Assembly (NCBI RefSeq): GCF_001194135.2
Contig: NC_068990.1
Coordinates: 28,794,263 to 28,848,151 of the forward strand
Source of the DNA: Octopus bimaculoides
Taxonomy: Eukaryota
Length of the DNA: 53,889 nt
Reading direction: 5' to 3'
In this document: one piece after another, positions 1 to 12,102 of the stretch
Position numbering within the stretch: the first letter of the stretch is position 1
How the letters are laid out: each line of letters begins with the position of its first letter
The notes under the pieces: model-generated
Databases searched by the model: none
Seen by the model: the letters and a program-made list of their open reading frames with translations, nothing else
Told to the model about the DNA's origin: nothing
Position numbers and translations under genes: made by a program

Positions 1-87
1 TTTTATGTAAAACAAGCTTTGTGCTCTCATTATTGACTCCGATAACACCACCTCCATGTGCGTTTGTTTGTCTCTAAAGACAAACAT

Positions 88-430
88 AGGTGGAGTGGCT
101 GTGTGGTAAGAAGCTTGCTTCCGAACCACATGGTCCCAGATTCAGTCCCACTGCATGGCACCAGGGGCAAGTGTCTTCAACTATAGCCTCGGGCTGACCA
201 AAGCTTCGTGAGTGGATTTGGTAGACGGAAACTGAAAGAAGCCCATTGTATATATATATATGTATGTATGTGTTTGTGTGTTTATGTCCCTGTAATGTAG
301 CAGTTCAGCAAAAGAGACTGATAGAATAAGTACTAAGCTTACAAAGAATAAGTCCTGGGGTCGATTTGTTTGACTAAAGCCGGTGCTCCAGCATGGCTGT
401 AGTCAAATGGCTGAAACAAGAAAAAGAATA
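88..430 (+). mobile_element. SINE family A, near full length (tRNA-like head, CORE-like segment, internal microsatellite)
   Basis: A-box TGGCTGTGTGG, B-box-like GATTCAGTCCC, GGGCAAGTGTCTT segment, (TA/TG)n spacer, and a 3' half ending GAAACAAG. Recurs many times in the window. Confidence 0.9.
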
Positions 431-599
431 GCGATGAAATATGCACCCTGCCTTATGAGCATGGTCATGTGGTTAAGATGTTTGCCTTGTAACCACATTG
501 GTCTCAAGTTCAACCTCTCTGCACAGAACATCAGGTAAAAAAAAAAAACAAAAAGAAAAAAAGATAACATTACTTTCTTGAGTCGTGCAAACTCATGAG

Positions 600-800
600 G
601 TTTGCAGTTCTATATTTAAGAGATGAGGAATTATTTACATTATTTACATTATTTACATTTGACGGATATTTGTCCTCATCTTGTTTGTTGTTAACACAAC
701 GTTTCGGCTGATATACCCTCCAGCCTTCATCGGGGGTCTTGGGGAAATTTCGAACCTGCGTTCTCATCCCTAAGGTATTTTTCGATGTTGTTGTTATTAT
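600..800 (-). mobile_element. Penelope-like terminal-repeat remnant carrying the hammerhead
   Basis: About 200 bp containing the hammerhead and 3x ATTTACATT, next to an (ATT)n tract. Family assignment is inferred from the known hammerhead-Penelope association. Confidence 0.5.
694..737 (-). ncRNA. Minimal type I hammerhead ribozyme motif, degenerate (Penelope-like)
   Basis: Minus strand reads ACCC-CCGATGA-A-GGCTG(gagggtatat)CAGCC-GAAA-CG-T-T-GTGT. It has a 5-bp stem II, GAAA, and a palindromic ACGT stem III. Core U4 is replaced by C and stem I has one mismatch. Confidence 0.7.
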
Positions 801-821
801 TATTATTATTAAAGCCAGGTG

Positions 822-1005
822 ACACGTAAAAGCACCCACTATACTCTCTGAGTGGTTGGTGTTAGGAAGGGCATCCAGCTGTAGAAACTCTGCCAAATCA
901 GATTGGAGCCTGGTGTTGCCATCCGGTATCTCCAGTCCTCAGTCAAATCGTCCAACCCATGCTAGCATGGAAAGCGGACGTTAAACGATGATGATGATGA
1001 TGATT
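822..1005 (+). mobile_element. Retroposon family D (SINE or LINE 3' end with (GAT)n tail)
   Basis: GTTAGGAAGGGCATCCAGCTGTAGAAAC...ACCCATGCTAGCATGGAAAGCGGACGTTAAACGATGATGATG. The GGAAGGGCATCC motif resembles the Meta-type SINE domain (from recall). Confidence 0.85.
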
Positions 1006-1430
1006 ATCATAATTATTATTATCATTATTATTATTATTATTTATATATTTATTATCATTTAATTCCATGAAATAGTCACGGGTCCTGCTCGTATATGATT
1101 AATTTCAAAGAATGTGAATAAATGGGCATAACATTTGACAGAGCAATCTGAATGCTAAAGGGTCAAACATGGAATGGCTAAAAGGGCCCACCTGAGTAAA
1201 ATAGGAACCAAAAGGGCCCATAAGCTAAAAATGGTCGAGAACTACAGAACTAGACTGTCCCTTGTTCTTCGGTGACTAACGCAGGATTTTTCAATAATTT
1301 ATTCAGTGGCAGTGCCCCAGTATAGCCACAACTCACTACATGGAACCAATAAAAGTAAATAATTAAACACTTTCAAATAGTTGGAAAATGGATATCTAAA
1401 AAATAATTCCACTGATCGTGAAACAAACTA

Positions 1431-1689
1431 TCAAGCCATATTTTGATATGTATTATTCTCAGAAACACCTACAGAATGGTTTTCTGGAATATTAGATAGA
1501 ACTTCATGGGTTGTAATTGCTGCAAATATCTTCTTTCTTCTTTCCAGTTTAGAATCTGTTCTTCTTCTTCCAATTATATTCCTCTCTACATCTCTCGTAC
1601 TCGACTAATCCAGCTTGTAAATCAATCTGAGATAGCCTCTAGTCTCAATAATAACACTGACTTGTCTCACATCGAAATTGCTTCTACAA
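1431..1689 (-). CDS. Candidate terminal exon with one internal TAG
   Basis: Acceptor CTTTATTTTCAG, 27 codons, TAG at 1605-1607, then 57 further open codons ending ENNTYQNMA-stop; purine-rich. Confidence 0.3.
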
Positions 1690-1911
1690 CTGAAAATAAA
1701 GATAAGCTACAATGACTCTATCTGAGTCACTGTAGCTTAAGGCAGAAAATATATTCATATGTAATCTTTATGTATCTGCCCCTGCCATGCTAGGATGTCG
1801 TATAATCCCAAGATCTTTTGATCCATCCCCATATACTAAGATATGCGTGTATGTGCATGTGTGTGTGTGCATGTGTGTGTGTGCATGTGTGTGTGTGTGT
1901 CTTTGTATAAG

Positions 1912-1942
<31 letters not shown>

Positions 1943-1948
1943 GATAGA

Positions 1949-1988
<40 letters not shown>

Positions 1989-2678
1989 TAGATACAGATA
2001 TAGATATATATACATACATATATATGTATGTGTGCNNNNNNNNNNNNNNNNNNNNNNNNNNNNNNNNNNNNNNNNNNNNNNNNNNNNNNNNNNNNNNNNN
2101 NNNNNNNNNNNNNNNNNNNNNNNNNNNNNNNNNNNNNNNNNNNNNNNNNNNNNNNNNNNNNNNNNNNNNNNNNNNNNNNNNNNNNNNNNNNNNNNNNNNN
2201 NNNNNNNNNNNNNNNNNNNNNNNNNNNNNNNNNNNNNNNNNNNNNNNNNNNNNNNNNNNNNNNNNNNNNNNNNNNNNNNNNNNNNNNNNNNNNNNNNNNN
2301 NNNNNNNNNNNNNNNNNNNNNNNNNNNNNNNNNNNNNNNNNNNNNNNNNNNNNNNNNNNNNNNNNNNNNNNNNNNNNNNNNNNNNNNNNNNNNNNNNNNN
2401 NNNNNNNNNNNNNNNNNNNNNNNNNNNNNNNNNNNNNNNNNNNNNNNNNNNNNNNNNNNNNNNNNNNNNNNNNNNNNNNNNNNNNNNNNNNNNNNNNNNN
2501 NNNNNNNNNNNNNNNNNNNNNNNNNNNNNNNNNNNNNNNNNNNNNNNNNNNNNNNNNNNNNNNNNNNNNNNNNNNNNNNNNNNNNNNNNNNNNNNNNNNN
2601 NNNNNNNNNNNNNNNNNNNNNNNNNNNNNNNNNNNNNNNNNNNNNNNNNNNNNNNNNNNNNNNNNNNNNNNNNNNNNN

Positions 2679-2731
<53 letters not shown>

Positions 2732-3295
2732 ATATATAACATATATATGCATATATATGTAATTATATATGTGTTTGAAAAAATATATATACATGCACAC
2801 ACACACACACATACATATATACATACATACATGCATATATATATATACATATATATAAGCATACTTCTAAATCACATCATCTCTTACAAGATCTTGGTGC
2901 TGGATCTTTATTTGATGGAATACAATTTAACAACATTGATATTTGCACTTTATGTATTATCTTCAGACATATTTATGCAATACAAATACATGTGTCCTAG
3001 TGCATATATGTGTATACACATACACATCTGTGTGCACACACAGACACACACACACACACACATGTCTAAATGCATGACTTGCAAAACCTTTTAACCAATT
3101 TTATATTTCAGCCACTCGTACTTCCTAACAGCTCGTTAAGTTAATGAAGAGACGGGATGAATTTGTATTCCCCAGTTTCTCTGTAGTACGTTAAGAAAGA
3201 ATGGGCTGAACCACTGACCACTGATGGCATATGGCTTGCCATTTGAGTGGAATGAACACCACTAAAGCATCAGCAGAAGAAAAAGAGGGGCTGGA

Positions 3296-3404
3296 ATTAT
3301 TATTATTACTATCATTATTATTATTTTTATTATTATTGTTATTATTTTTATTATTATTAATATTATTATTATTATTGTTATTGTTATTATTATTATTTTT
3401 ATTT

Positions 3405-3471
<67 letters not shown>

Positions 3472-3540
3472 TAATATTATTTTTATTATTATTGTTATTA
3501 TTTTTATTATTATTAATATTATTATTATCATTATTATTAA

Positions 3541-3577
<37 letters not shown>

Positions 3578-3587
3578 GTTATTATTA
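3296..3587. repeat. (ATT)n microsatellite; similar arrays at 4375-4780, 13690-13760, 13990-14095, 16270-16360, 16580-16650
   Basis: Direct reading. Confidence 0.98.
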
Positions 3588-3795
3588 AGGCAGTGAGCTG
3601 GCAGAAAAGTCAGCACGCTGGACATTTTGTCCATCCTCACATTCCGAGTTCAAATTCTGCCGAGGTCGACTTTATCTCTTTCATTCTTTCAGGGTCGATG
3701 AAATAAGTACCAGTTACATACTGAAGTTGATGTAATCAACTTAACCGCCCCTCCCAAATTTCCGGCCTTGTACCTTTAGTAGAAAGGGTTATTAT
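3588..3795 (+). mobile_element. SINE family B (central segment resembles the Nin/Inv-type SINE domain)
   Basis: AAGGCAGTGAGCTGGCAGAA head, GAGTTCAAATTC box, GGTCGACTTT...TTTCAGGGTCGATGAAATAAGTACCAG core, tail AGAAAGGGTTATTATT. Confidence 0.85.
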
Positions 3796-4152
3796 TACCT
3801 CCACCGTAGCGAAGGCAGAGGTATTGTTTTCAGTTGTGTTTGTTTGTTTGTCCCTGGACAGGATATCTCAAGAACCACTGGATGGATTTGGATGAAACTT
3901 TCAAGGATGTTTGACTGGCATGAACTCATTTGATTTTGGGATCAATCTGGTACCAGACAAGGATTCTGGATTAGTTTTTGGTTTTTTTTACTTAATTTTT
4001 GAGAGCAGTCGGGTTCATTTTTAGTATTCTCGTTCATGAGAGCAGTCAAGTTCATTTCAGATATTCTCATTTTAAAAATCATCTCCGGCTAATTGTTGAG
4101 AGGACGTTGATGTTGCCCTGGTAGAGGTTTACGCTCTCTGAATGCTCTTGTT
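3794..4152 (+). mobile_element. Non-autonomous Helentron-associated (HINE-like) element
   Basis: 5' hairpin TACCTCCACC-8nt-GGCAGAGGTA, (GTTT)n, subterminal inverted motif GGTAGAGGT at 4120-4128, inserted in an (ATT)n tract. Confidence 0.6.
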
Positions 4153-4373
4153 GTTATTATTATTATTATAAGTGTTAAAAAAAATGCCTTGCAATATTTC
4201 ACCCAATTCGACATGCTTTGCATCCAAAATCAGTTGAGGTTGATTTTTTCCCTTCCATTCTTTTGGGGTCAATAAAATAACTACCAGTTGAACATAATGT
4301 AAATGTAACCCACTAACCTCCTTCCCGTAAAATTGCACGCCTTGTGCCAACATTATTTTAGAACTATTAGCAC

Positions 4374-4430
<57 letters not shown>

Positions 4431-4489
4431 CATCATCATTCTTATTTTTATTACTTATTATTTCAACTAACAGTAATTATTTGAACTAC

Positions 4490-4528
<39 letters not shown>

Positions 4529-4560
4529 CATCATCATCATCATCATTATTATCATCATCA

Positions 4561-4613
<53 letters not shown>

Positions 4614-4638
4614 GCTATTTTTATGTTTTCTTACTACA

Positions 4639-4723
<85 letters not shown>

Positions 4724-5277
4724 CCATCACCATCATTATCATCATCATTGTCATCATCATCATCATCATTATTATTATTATTACTGTTGCAACACACTAT
4801 AAAACAAAATTTATTACAACATAGTAGATTTATTGCCTCGTTTAATATGTCAGTAAACACGAATATGATTCTTGCAGTTGGCATTTTTAATGTTGTTGTC
4901 GTTGTTGCTGTTGCATATTTATATAACTTGCATAAAACATTGCCTTATGCATTTACATTATTAACAATCGTTTACATTCTCCGCTTCACTTAAATAACAA
5001 ATACTTCTAGCTTTAGCATGTTTATATCATACCATCCATCATTCTAAGAGAACAAAGAGTATATAACTATATTTACTGACTTTGATATTAGTGTCATTTC
5101 GCCATTTTATGCTCATCTAGAAACTTATGTCTACAACAAACAAATGCAAGTTTTGCTGAGTTTTCACTCAATAAATTAAGTACAAGGTGCTTTCCAGAAG
5201 TTTTGAGACTTTTCTTTTTATGAAAGAATGATATTACTGTCTTTGATAATTGTAATTTTAACATATCATTATTATTA

Positions 5278-5357
5278 TAAGAGAGTGATTAAAAGTTTCT
5301 GGCTTTGGGTAAAAGAAAATACAGGCGGATCAGTTAATCATCATTGTATTCAACATA
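5278..5357 (+). mobile_element. 5' part of the same MITE, interrupted by SINE A
   Basis: AAAAGTTTCTGGCTTTGGGTAAAAGAAAATACAGGCGGATCAGTTAAT...TATTCAACATA matches 37126-37192. Confidence 0.8.
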
Positions 5358-5417
5358 GGCGCAGGAGTGGCTGTGTGGTAAGTAGCTTGCTTACCAACCA
5401 CATGGTTCCGGGTTCAT
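5358..5417 (+). mobile_element. SINE A 5' fragment
   Basis: GGCGCAGGAGTGGCTGTGTGG...GGTTCCGGGTTCA, then truncated. Confidence 0.85.
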
Positions 5418-5644
5418 CAAAGTGAGAGGATGCTATTTTGAGGGAGATTAAAGTTTTGTACTTCTTTGAAATTAATAAATGCTGCTACTGAAAAAGCCTC
5501 AAAACTTCTAGAATGCTCCTTTATGTGTGTGTGTGTGTGTGCATGCGTGTGTGTACATATATATGTATATGCATGTATACGTACATATACATATACATAT
5601 GTATATGTATGCATGTATGTATATACATATATACATATATATGA

Positions 5645-6181
5645 AACCATGAGTCAGCTGTGGATGAAACAGTGATTGATGCTATACATCAATGGCCTAT
5701 CACTGGCTCCTTAGACTCCTCGCCCTCAATAGATGAAGTAATGACATCAATAAGTAAATTGAATCTTGGTAGGGCACCTGGAAAGGATGGAATTTGTGCT
5801 GAGGTCTTGCGAGTTGGTGGTGATTACATCACACACTCCCTTCGTGAAGTTATTAGTGCAGTCTGGAGGGATGGTGCAATCCCTAAGGACTGGAAGGATG
5901 CAATTATTCTTCCTCTATATAAAGGAAAAGGAGCCAGAACAATGTGTGGTAACTACAGAGGTATTGCTCTACTATCAGCTGCTGGCAAATATTTTTCTTA
6001 CCCGTCTGAATGGGTGTCTCATAAATGTTGTCTAATCTGAATCTGAATGTGGCTTCCGATCTGGTAGAGGGACAATGGATTTGATTTTCACAGCAAGATA
6101 GATGCAGGAGAAGTGCTATGAGCAGAATATGGATCTTGTCCAGGTATTCATTGATTTAACAAAGGCCTTTGATACTGTAAA
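5645..6181 (+). pseudogene. RTE-clade LINE reverse transcriptase fragment with frameshift and stops
   Basis: RAPGKDGICAEVL, PKDWKDAIILPLYKGKG, CGNYRGIALLSAAGK; after the frameshift, ECGFRSGRGTMDLIF and FIDLTKAFDTVN. Confidence 0.93.
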
Positions 6182-6189
6182 TATGGAAA

Positions 6190-6715
6190 GAGAAGGAAGA
6201 GGACACTAGACTTAGGAGTGGTGCAACAGTTCAGAGAGTATTTTAGAAGGAAGAGACCTTCATTATGAGGGTTGACAGTGTAGGGAGAATTGATACCCAT
6301 AACAAGCAAGAGTTAGGAGGGGGCAAGAGAAAAGGGAGAAAAAAGTTGAGGAACCAACAAGTGTAGTTGATGACAGGGATGTAGAAAGAAAAGAATAGTA
6401 ACCGAGGGAGAGAGATTTCAAACTAAATACTTGGAGACAAGCTCAGCAGAGTGTGTGGAGGCAAAAGAATGATAGATAACCAGGAACTTGTAAGGGAAGC
6501 AGACATAGGAAATATGACAATGAAGATGGTGGCCAGGAGGTGAGTGAGGAGATGGGCTGACATACAGTGGCAGACACGAGTTATTGATAGCAGAAGGTGG
6601 GGGTCAGAAGGTAATTTGCAATACAAAAGGATCACTGAGCAGCTGCTGGAGCGCTTCAACCTAGAAGAGGTGAGACAATGTCACAGCACCATACCAATGG
6701 CCTTGCCAGCCAGTT
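6190..6715 (-). mobile_element. Possible decayed LINE (L2/CR1-type endonuclease region)
   Basis: Stop-riddled frame with LVIYHS and LLVMGINSP, weakly like the VIYRPP and ILGDFN motifs. Confidence 0.3.
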
Positions 6716-6772
6716 ATATACACACATACATAAACACATACATACATATGTACATATTTATGTGTATGCATG

Positions 6773-6830
<58 letters not shown>

Positions 6831-6913
6831 TACACATATGATTTAATGTTAATATATATCTATATATAATACATGGTATATATGACATATAATTTTATGT
6901 ATTTGTGACATAT

Positions 6914-6944
<31 letters not shown>

Positions 6945-7897
6945 ACTCTTTATATATATATNNNNNNNNNNNNNNNNNNNNNNNNNNNNNNNNNNNNNNN
7001 NNNNNNNNNNNNNNNNNNNNNNNNNNNNNNNNNNNNNNNNNNNNNNNNNNNNNNNNNNNNNNNNNNNNNNNNNNNNNNNNNNNNNNNNNNNNNNNNNNNN
7101 NNNNNNNNNNNNNNNNNNNNNNNNNNNNNNNNNNCACACATACACACTCATATATACATACTTGTGTATATACACAGAGCAATGTATTTCATTTATATTC
7201 ATATATTTTTTTCGCAATCAATAGGTAATTGTGGTTTTCCATAGACTTTCAAAAATCAAATAGACCCATATATTTAGGTGTATGTGTATGTGTATGTATT
7301 GGCATTTGTGCATTGACATATGTGCACGTGCATTTGTGTGTGTATGCGTGCATTTGTTTGTTAGCATACATACATACATACATACATACATGTGTGTGTG
7401 TGTGTGTATGTATGTGTCTGTGTTAGTATCAGTGTGTGTATATTCATAAGCTCGCTTATAATTCATCCACATTCTCACATCATGACCCTTTCATATGACC
7501 CCTTACTGTCCGCAAAACACAATGTATAATGTAGAAATAATAGGAAAATCAGGTGAAAATAATATATGATTATTATTATCAGAAAGCAAACAAAACAAAA
7601 ATATGGAAGATCGCAAGGGAAAGGGAAAAATAATAATACTAAAAACATGTTTATTCATTGGTGTATCCAGAACTGTAGAATTGCTTATTGAAATGGAAAT
7701 CAAGTGAAGCAAAGGTTTACTATAGGACACAGACTTGCATCCATATTAATGGCTATCACAGGTTAGTGACATTTATTATTCATACTGTTTGAATCTTATT
7801 CATTGGATTTTTTCAAGCTCCAACCGCAGACACCGAGATTATCTGTAGATTAATAGAATTCAAATCAACCAACAAAACACACAATAAACTCTTTCTA

Positions 7898-7999
<102 letters not shown>

Positions 8000-8135
8000 C
8001 TCCCTTCTCCCCCCTTTCTCCTAATAACAAATATATATATGTATCTATATATATGTATCTATATATATGCATATATACATATGTATGTATGTATATATGT
8101 ATATATATATTTCTGCATGTGTGTATGTGTGTGTG

Positions 8136-8188
<53 letters not shown>

Positions 8189-8247
8189 GATATGTATGTG
8201 TGTGTGTGTGCGTGTGCATTTATAAATAGGTGTGTATGTATGTTTAT

Positions 8248-8281
<34 letters not shown>

Positions 8282-8345
8282 GTGTGTTAAAAGTATATAA
8301 ATTATAAAAGTAGTTTTTATTTTAAATGTATTTATTCATCATTTT

Positions 8346-8387
<42 letters not shown>

Positions 8388-9274
8388 TTGTTTAGTGTAT
8401 CCATTCTTGTGTATATAGTGAAAGAATGAAAGGAATATACATATATATATATCTATTTACATATATAATTATACATACATANNNNNNNNNNNNNNNNNNN
8501 NNNNNNNNNNNNNNNNNNNNNNNNNNNNNNNNNNNNNNNNNNNNNNNNNNNNNNNNNNNNNNNNNNNNNNNNNNNNNNNNNNNNNNNNNNNNNNNNNNNN
8601 NNNNNNNNNNNNNNNNNNNNNNNNNNNNNNNNNNNNNNNNNNNNNNNNNNNNNNNNNNNNNNNNNNNNNNNNNNNNNNNNNNNNNNNNNNNNNNNNNNNN
8701 NNNNNNNNNNNNNNNNNNNNNNNNNNNNNNNNNNNNNNNNNNNNNNNNNNNNNNNNNNNNNNNNNNNNNNNNNNNNNNNNNNNNNNNNNNNNNNNNNNNN
8801 NNNNNNNNNNNNNNNNNNNNNNNNNNNNNNNNNNNNNNNNNNNNNNNNNNNNNNNNNNNNNNNNNNNNNNNNNNNNNNNNNNNNNNNNNNNNNNNNNNNN
8901 NNNNNNNNNNNNNNNNNNNNNNNNNNNNNNNNNNNNNNNNNNNNNNNNNNNNNNNNNNNNNNNNNNNNNNNNNNNNNNNNNNNNNNNNNNNNNNNNNNNN
9001 NNNNNNNNNNNNNNNNNNNNNNNNNNNNNNNNNNNNNNNNNNNNNNNNNNNNNNNNNNNNNNNNNNNNNNNNNNNNNNNNNNNNNNNNNNNNNNNNNNNN
9101 NNNNNNNNNNNNNNNNNNNNNNNNNNNNNNNNNNNNNNNNNNNNNNNNNNNNNNNNNNNNNNNNNNNNNNNNNNNNNNNNNNNNNNNNNNNNNNNNNNNN
9201 NNNNNNNNNNNNNNNNNNNNNNNNNNNNNNNNNNNNNNNNNNNNNNNNNNNNNNNNNNNNNNNNNNNNNNNNNN

Positions 9275-9564
9275 ATGGCTGTTCGTACACATGCGTCATA
9301 CAGTCTGCCTTTTATCCTGAGTGAGAGTCCCTTTGTCGCCAGCAGAGGTAAGAGCTCTCTAAACTTGGCCCAGGCTATTCTTATTCTAGCAGTTACACTT
9401 TCAGCGCACCCACCCCCACTACTAACTTGGTCACCCAGATAGCGGAAGCTATCAACTACCTCTAGTTTTTCTCCCTGGAATGAGATAGAAGTTGTTTCCT
9501 GTTTGTTTACAGTGTTTATTGCACCTGAACATCTGCCACATACAAAGACTAACTTTGTAGACAA
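9275..9564 (-). pseudogene. RTE-type LINE RT C-terminal fragment
   Basis: LEVVDSFRYLGDQVSSGGGCAESVTARIRIAWAKFRELLPLL...KGRLYDACVRTA; runs into a gap. Confidence 0.92.
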
Positions 9565-10124
9565 TTATAATTATAATTATATATATATATATAATAATAT
9601 AATATATATATGAATAATATTTATTTTCCTTTCAGAAACTCTGAAAAATACATTTTTTTACTAAATTTGTTTTAAGCATTTTTACCAAACCTACAATGAC
9701 TGGAATTGGTTGGGTATTTCATTTGGAATTGATGTGCTATGACTAGATTTTGTTCTTTGCCAATTTTTTACCAGCAATTTTATTTTTGCTGCCTTAGTTG
9801 CTCCATAATCCTTTGCTTATGGATTAAGCAAAATGCCAACATGGAAGACGTCAGTTACTGTAGGTAGTATATTTATTTGTATATCTATTTATTTATGTGT
9901 TTATATATTTGTTTATTTGGTTTACTATGACATTGTTGATTTCAGGCTCCCAGAGCTAGCTCACTGCCTTCTGAAGGCAAGAGAGTGACAAGACCATTTG
10001 TAACCTTATTACTTAGGGCAGGACAAATACGTTGGTGGTGTCCTGTACTTAATGTCTATTTTTTATTTTTTATTTATTCATAATCAAACACCACAGCCTT
10101 GTCTGCAGTAAGTTCTTCCATCAT

Positions 10125-10430
10125 GATGATGATTATCATCATCATCATCATCATCATCGTTTAATGTCTGCTTCCCATCCTGGCATGGGTTGGATGGTTT
10201 GACTGGGGACTGGGTGAGCCAGATGGTTGCACCAGGGTCCAATCTGATCTAGCAGAGTTTCTACAGCTGGATGCCCTTCCTAACGCCAACCACTCCGAGA
10301 GTGTAGTGGGTACTTTTACATGCTACTGGCACGAGGGTCAGTCAGCAGCCCTGGCAACGATCACACTCGGATGGTGCTCTTAGCGCTCCACTAGCACAAA
10401 TGCCTGTCATGTGGTGCTGTCATCGAATTT
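10125..10430 (-). mobile_element. Family D copy
   Basis: (CAT)n-CGTTTAATGTC...GGATGCCCTTCCTAACGCCAACC. Confidence 0.85.
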
Positions 10431-10532
10431 GATTTCAATTTCATTTTTATATATATATATGATAGTATCAAACAGTGAGAATGTTCTGCACTACATTTGA
10501 TGAATAAACATACTTTATTTGTGAATTAAGAA

Positions 10533-10579
10533 TGCTACCAATGGTTTCGTGTGGAAAGGATTCTCACAGTCTTCAGGCA
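10533..10579 (-). ncRNA. Minimal type I hammerhead ribozyme motif
   Basis: Minus strand reads TGC-CTGAAGA-C-TGTG(agaatcctttc)CACA-C-GAAA-CC(att)GG-T-A-GCA. Core intact, GUA triplet, 3-bp stem I, C-C mismatch at the base of stem II. An AATAAA follows about 10 nt downstream. Confidence 0.75.
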
Positions 10580-10630
10580 AGCCACTGAATCTCCCTCAGA
10601 ACTACGTTAGGGGTACACATGTCTGTGGAG

Positions 10631-10977
10631 GGCTCAACCACTTGCATATTAACTTCAAAAGCAGGCTGTTCCATTGATCGGCTCAACCACTTGCACATGA
10701 ACTACACAAGCAGGCTGTTCCATTGATCGGCTCAACCACTTGCACATGAACTACACAAGCAGGCTGTTCCATTGATCGANNNNNNNNNNNNNNNNNNNNN
10801 NNNNNNNNNNNNNNNNNNNNNNNNTTGATCGGCTCAACCACTTGCACATGAACTACACAAGCAGGCTGTTCCATTGATCGGCTCAACCACTTGCACATGA
10901 ACTACACAAGCAGGCTGTTCCATTGATCGGCTCAACCACTTGCACATGAACTACACAAGCAGGCTGTTCCATTGATC
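10631..10977 (+). repeat. 49-bp minisatellite, at least 6 units with an internal gap, derived from the SINE E tail
   Basis: GGCTCAACCACTTGCACATGAACTACACAAGCAGGCTGTTCCATTGATC repeated with period 49. Confidence 0.95.
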
Positions 10978-11669
10978 GACTCAGCTACAGCACTCTTGGT
11001 CATAACTGAAGAAATACCAGTTTATCAGGATTTAAATTCAGAGCGTGGAAGACCAGAACCAATACTGCAAGACATTCTATGCCATGTTCCAGCAACTTCG
11101 CCAATTTGCAGTGTTAATGTTTAATGATATGAAGTAATTATTTGTGAGGTCAATCTTATGTATACAAAAGATATTTTCAGCTTCATTGAATTCAAAAAAA
11201 AAAAATGTGGCTTTTTTATTTATAGTATTTATAATAAGATATGATTTTCATGACTCACTTGGTATCCTATATATTAAAACAACAGACTTACAACTAAATT
11301 ACTATTTTGATTTGCGTAGCTGTGCCTATGTCGTTATTGTTTCACCACACAATTTAGCAATATTATTAACTGGTGTCTAACTATCAATGTAAATTTATTT
11401 TCTTACTAAATTTATTACGCGATTAGATTTAACAATAATGTTGTAATTTGATGCTCATAAATATCGTTTGATTCTATGTTAGGAAGTCTTTCAAGAAACA
11501 AACAAAAATATGGTTTCGATATGTTAGTCATTTTGATAAATCAACGAGATTTAATAAATGCCTTTTAGAATTACTCGATATCAAAACCAAAGCCATTTCA
11601 ATTGAAATTTATATTAAGTAAATAGAGACAGACATACAGGCAACTGATAAATAAATAAATAGATAGATA

Positions 11670-11711
<42 letters not shown>

Positions 11712-11838
11712 GAGAGACATTCACACAGAGACAGACAAACAGATAGATTGATAAAGATATATATATATACACACAGAGATGGATAGATAGATAGAGAGAG
11801 AGAGAGAGAGACACACACACAGATAGATAGATTGATAA

Positions 11839-11907
<69 letters not shown>

Positions 11908-12102
11908 CATACATGCATACATTCACACATACATACATATATGCATGCATACATACAGATATGAAAACATACATACACACAAACATACAAACATACATAC
12001 TGACAGATATACATAAACAATGCATAAAGAGATAATACCTACCTACCTACATACATACATACATACATACATACATACATGCATACATACTTAGAAATGT
12101 TA

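Noticed and set aside
10631-10977. CRISPR-like array
   Set aside because: No spacers, eukaryotic context, and the unit derives from a SINE.
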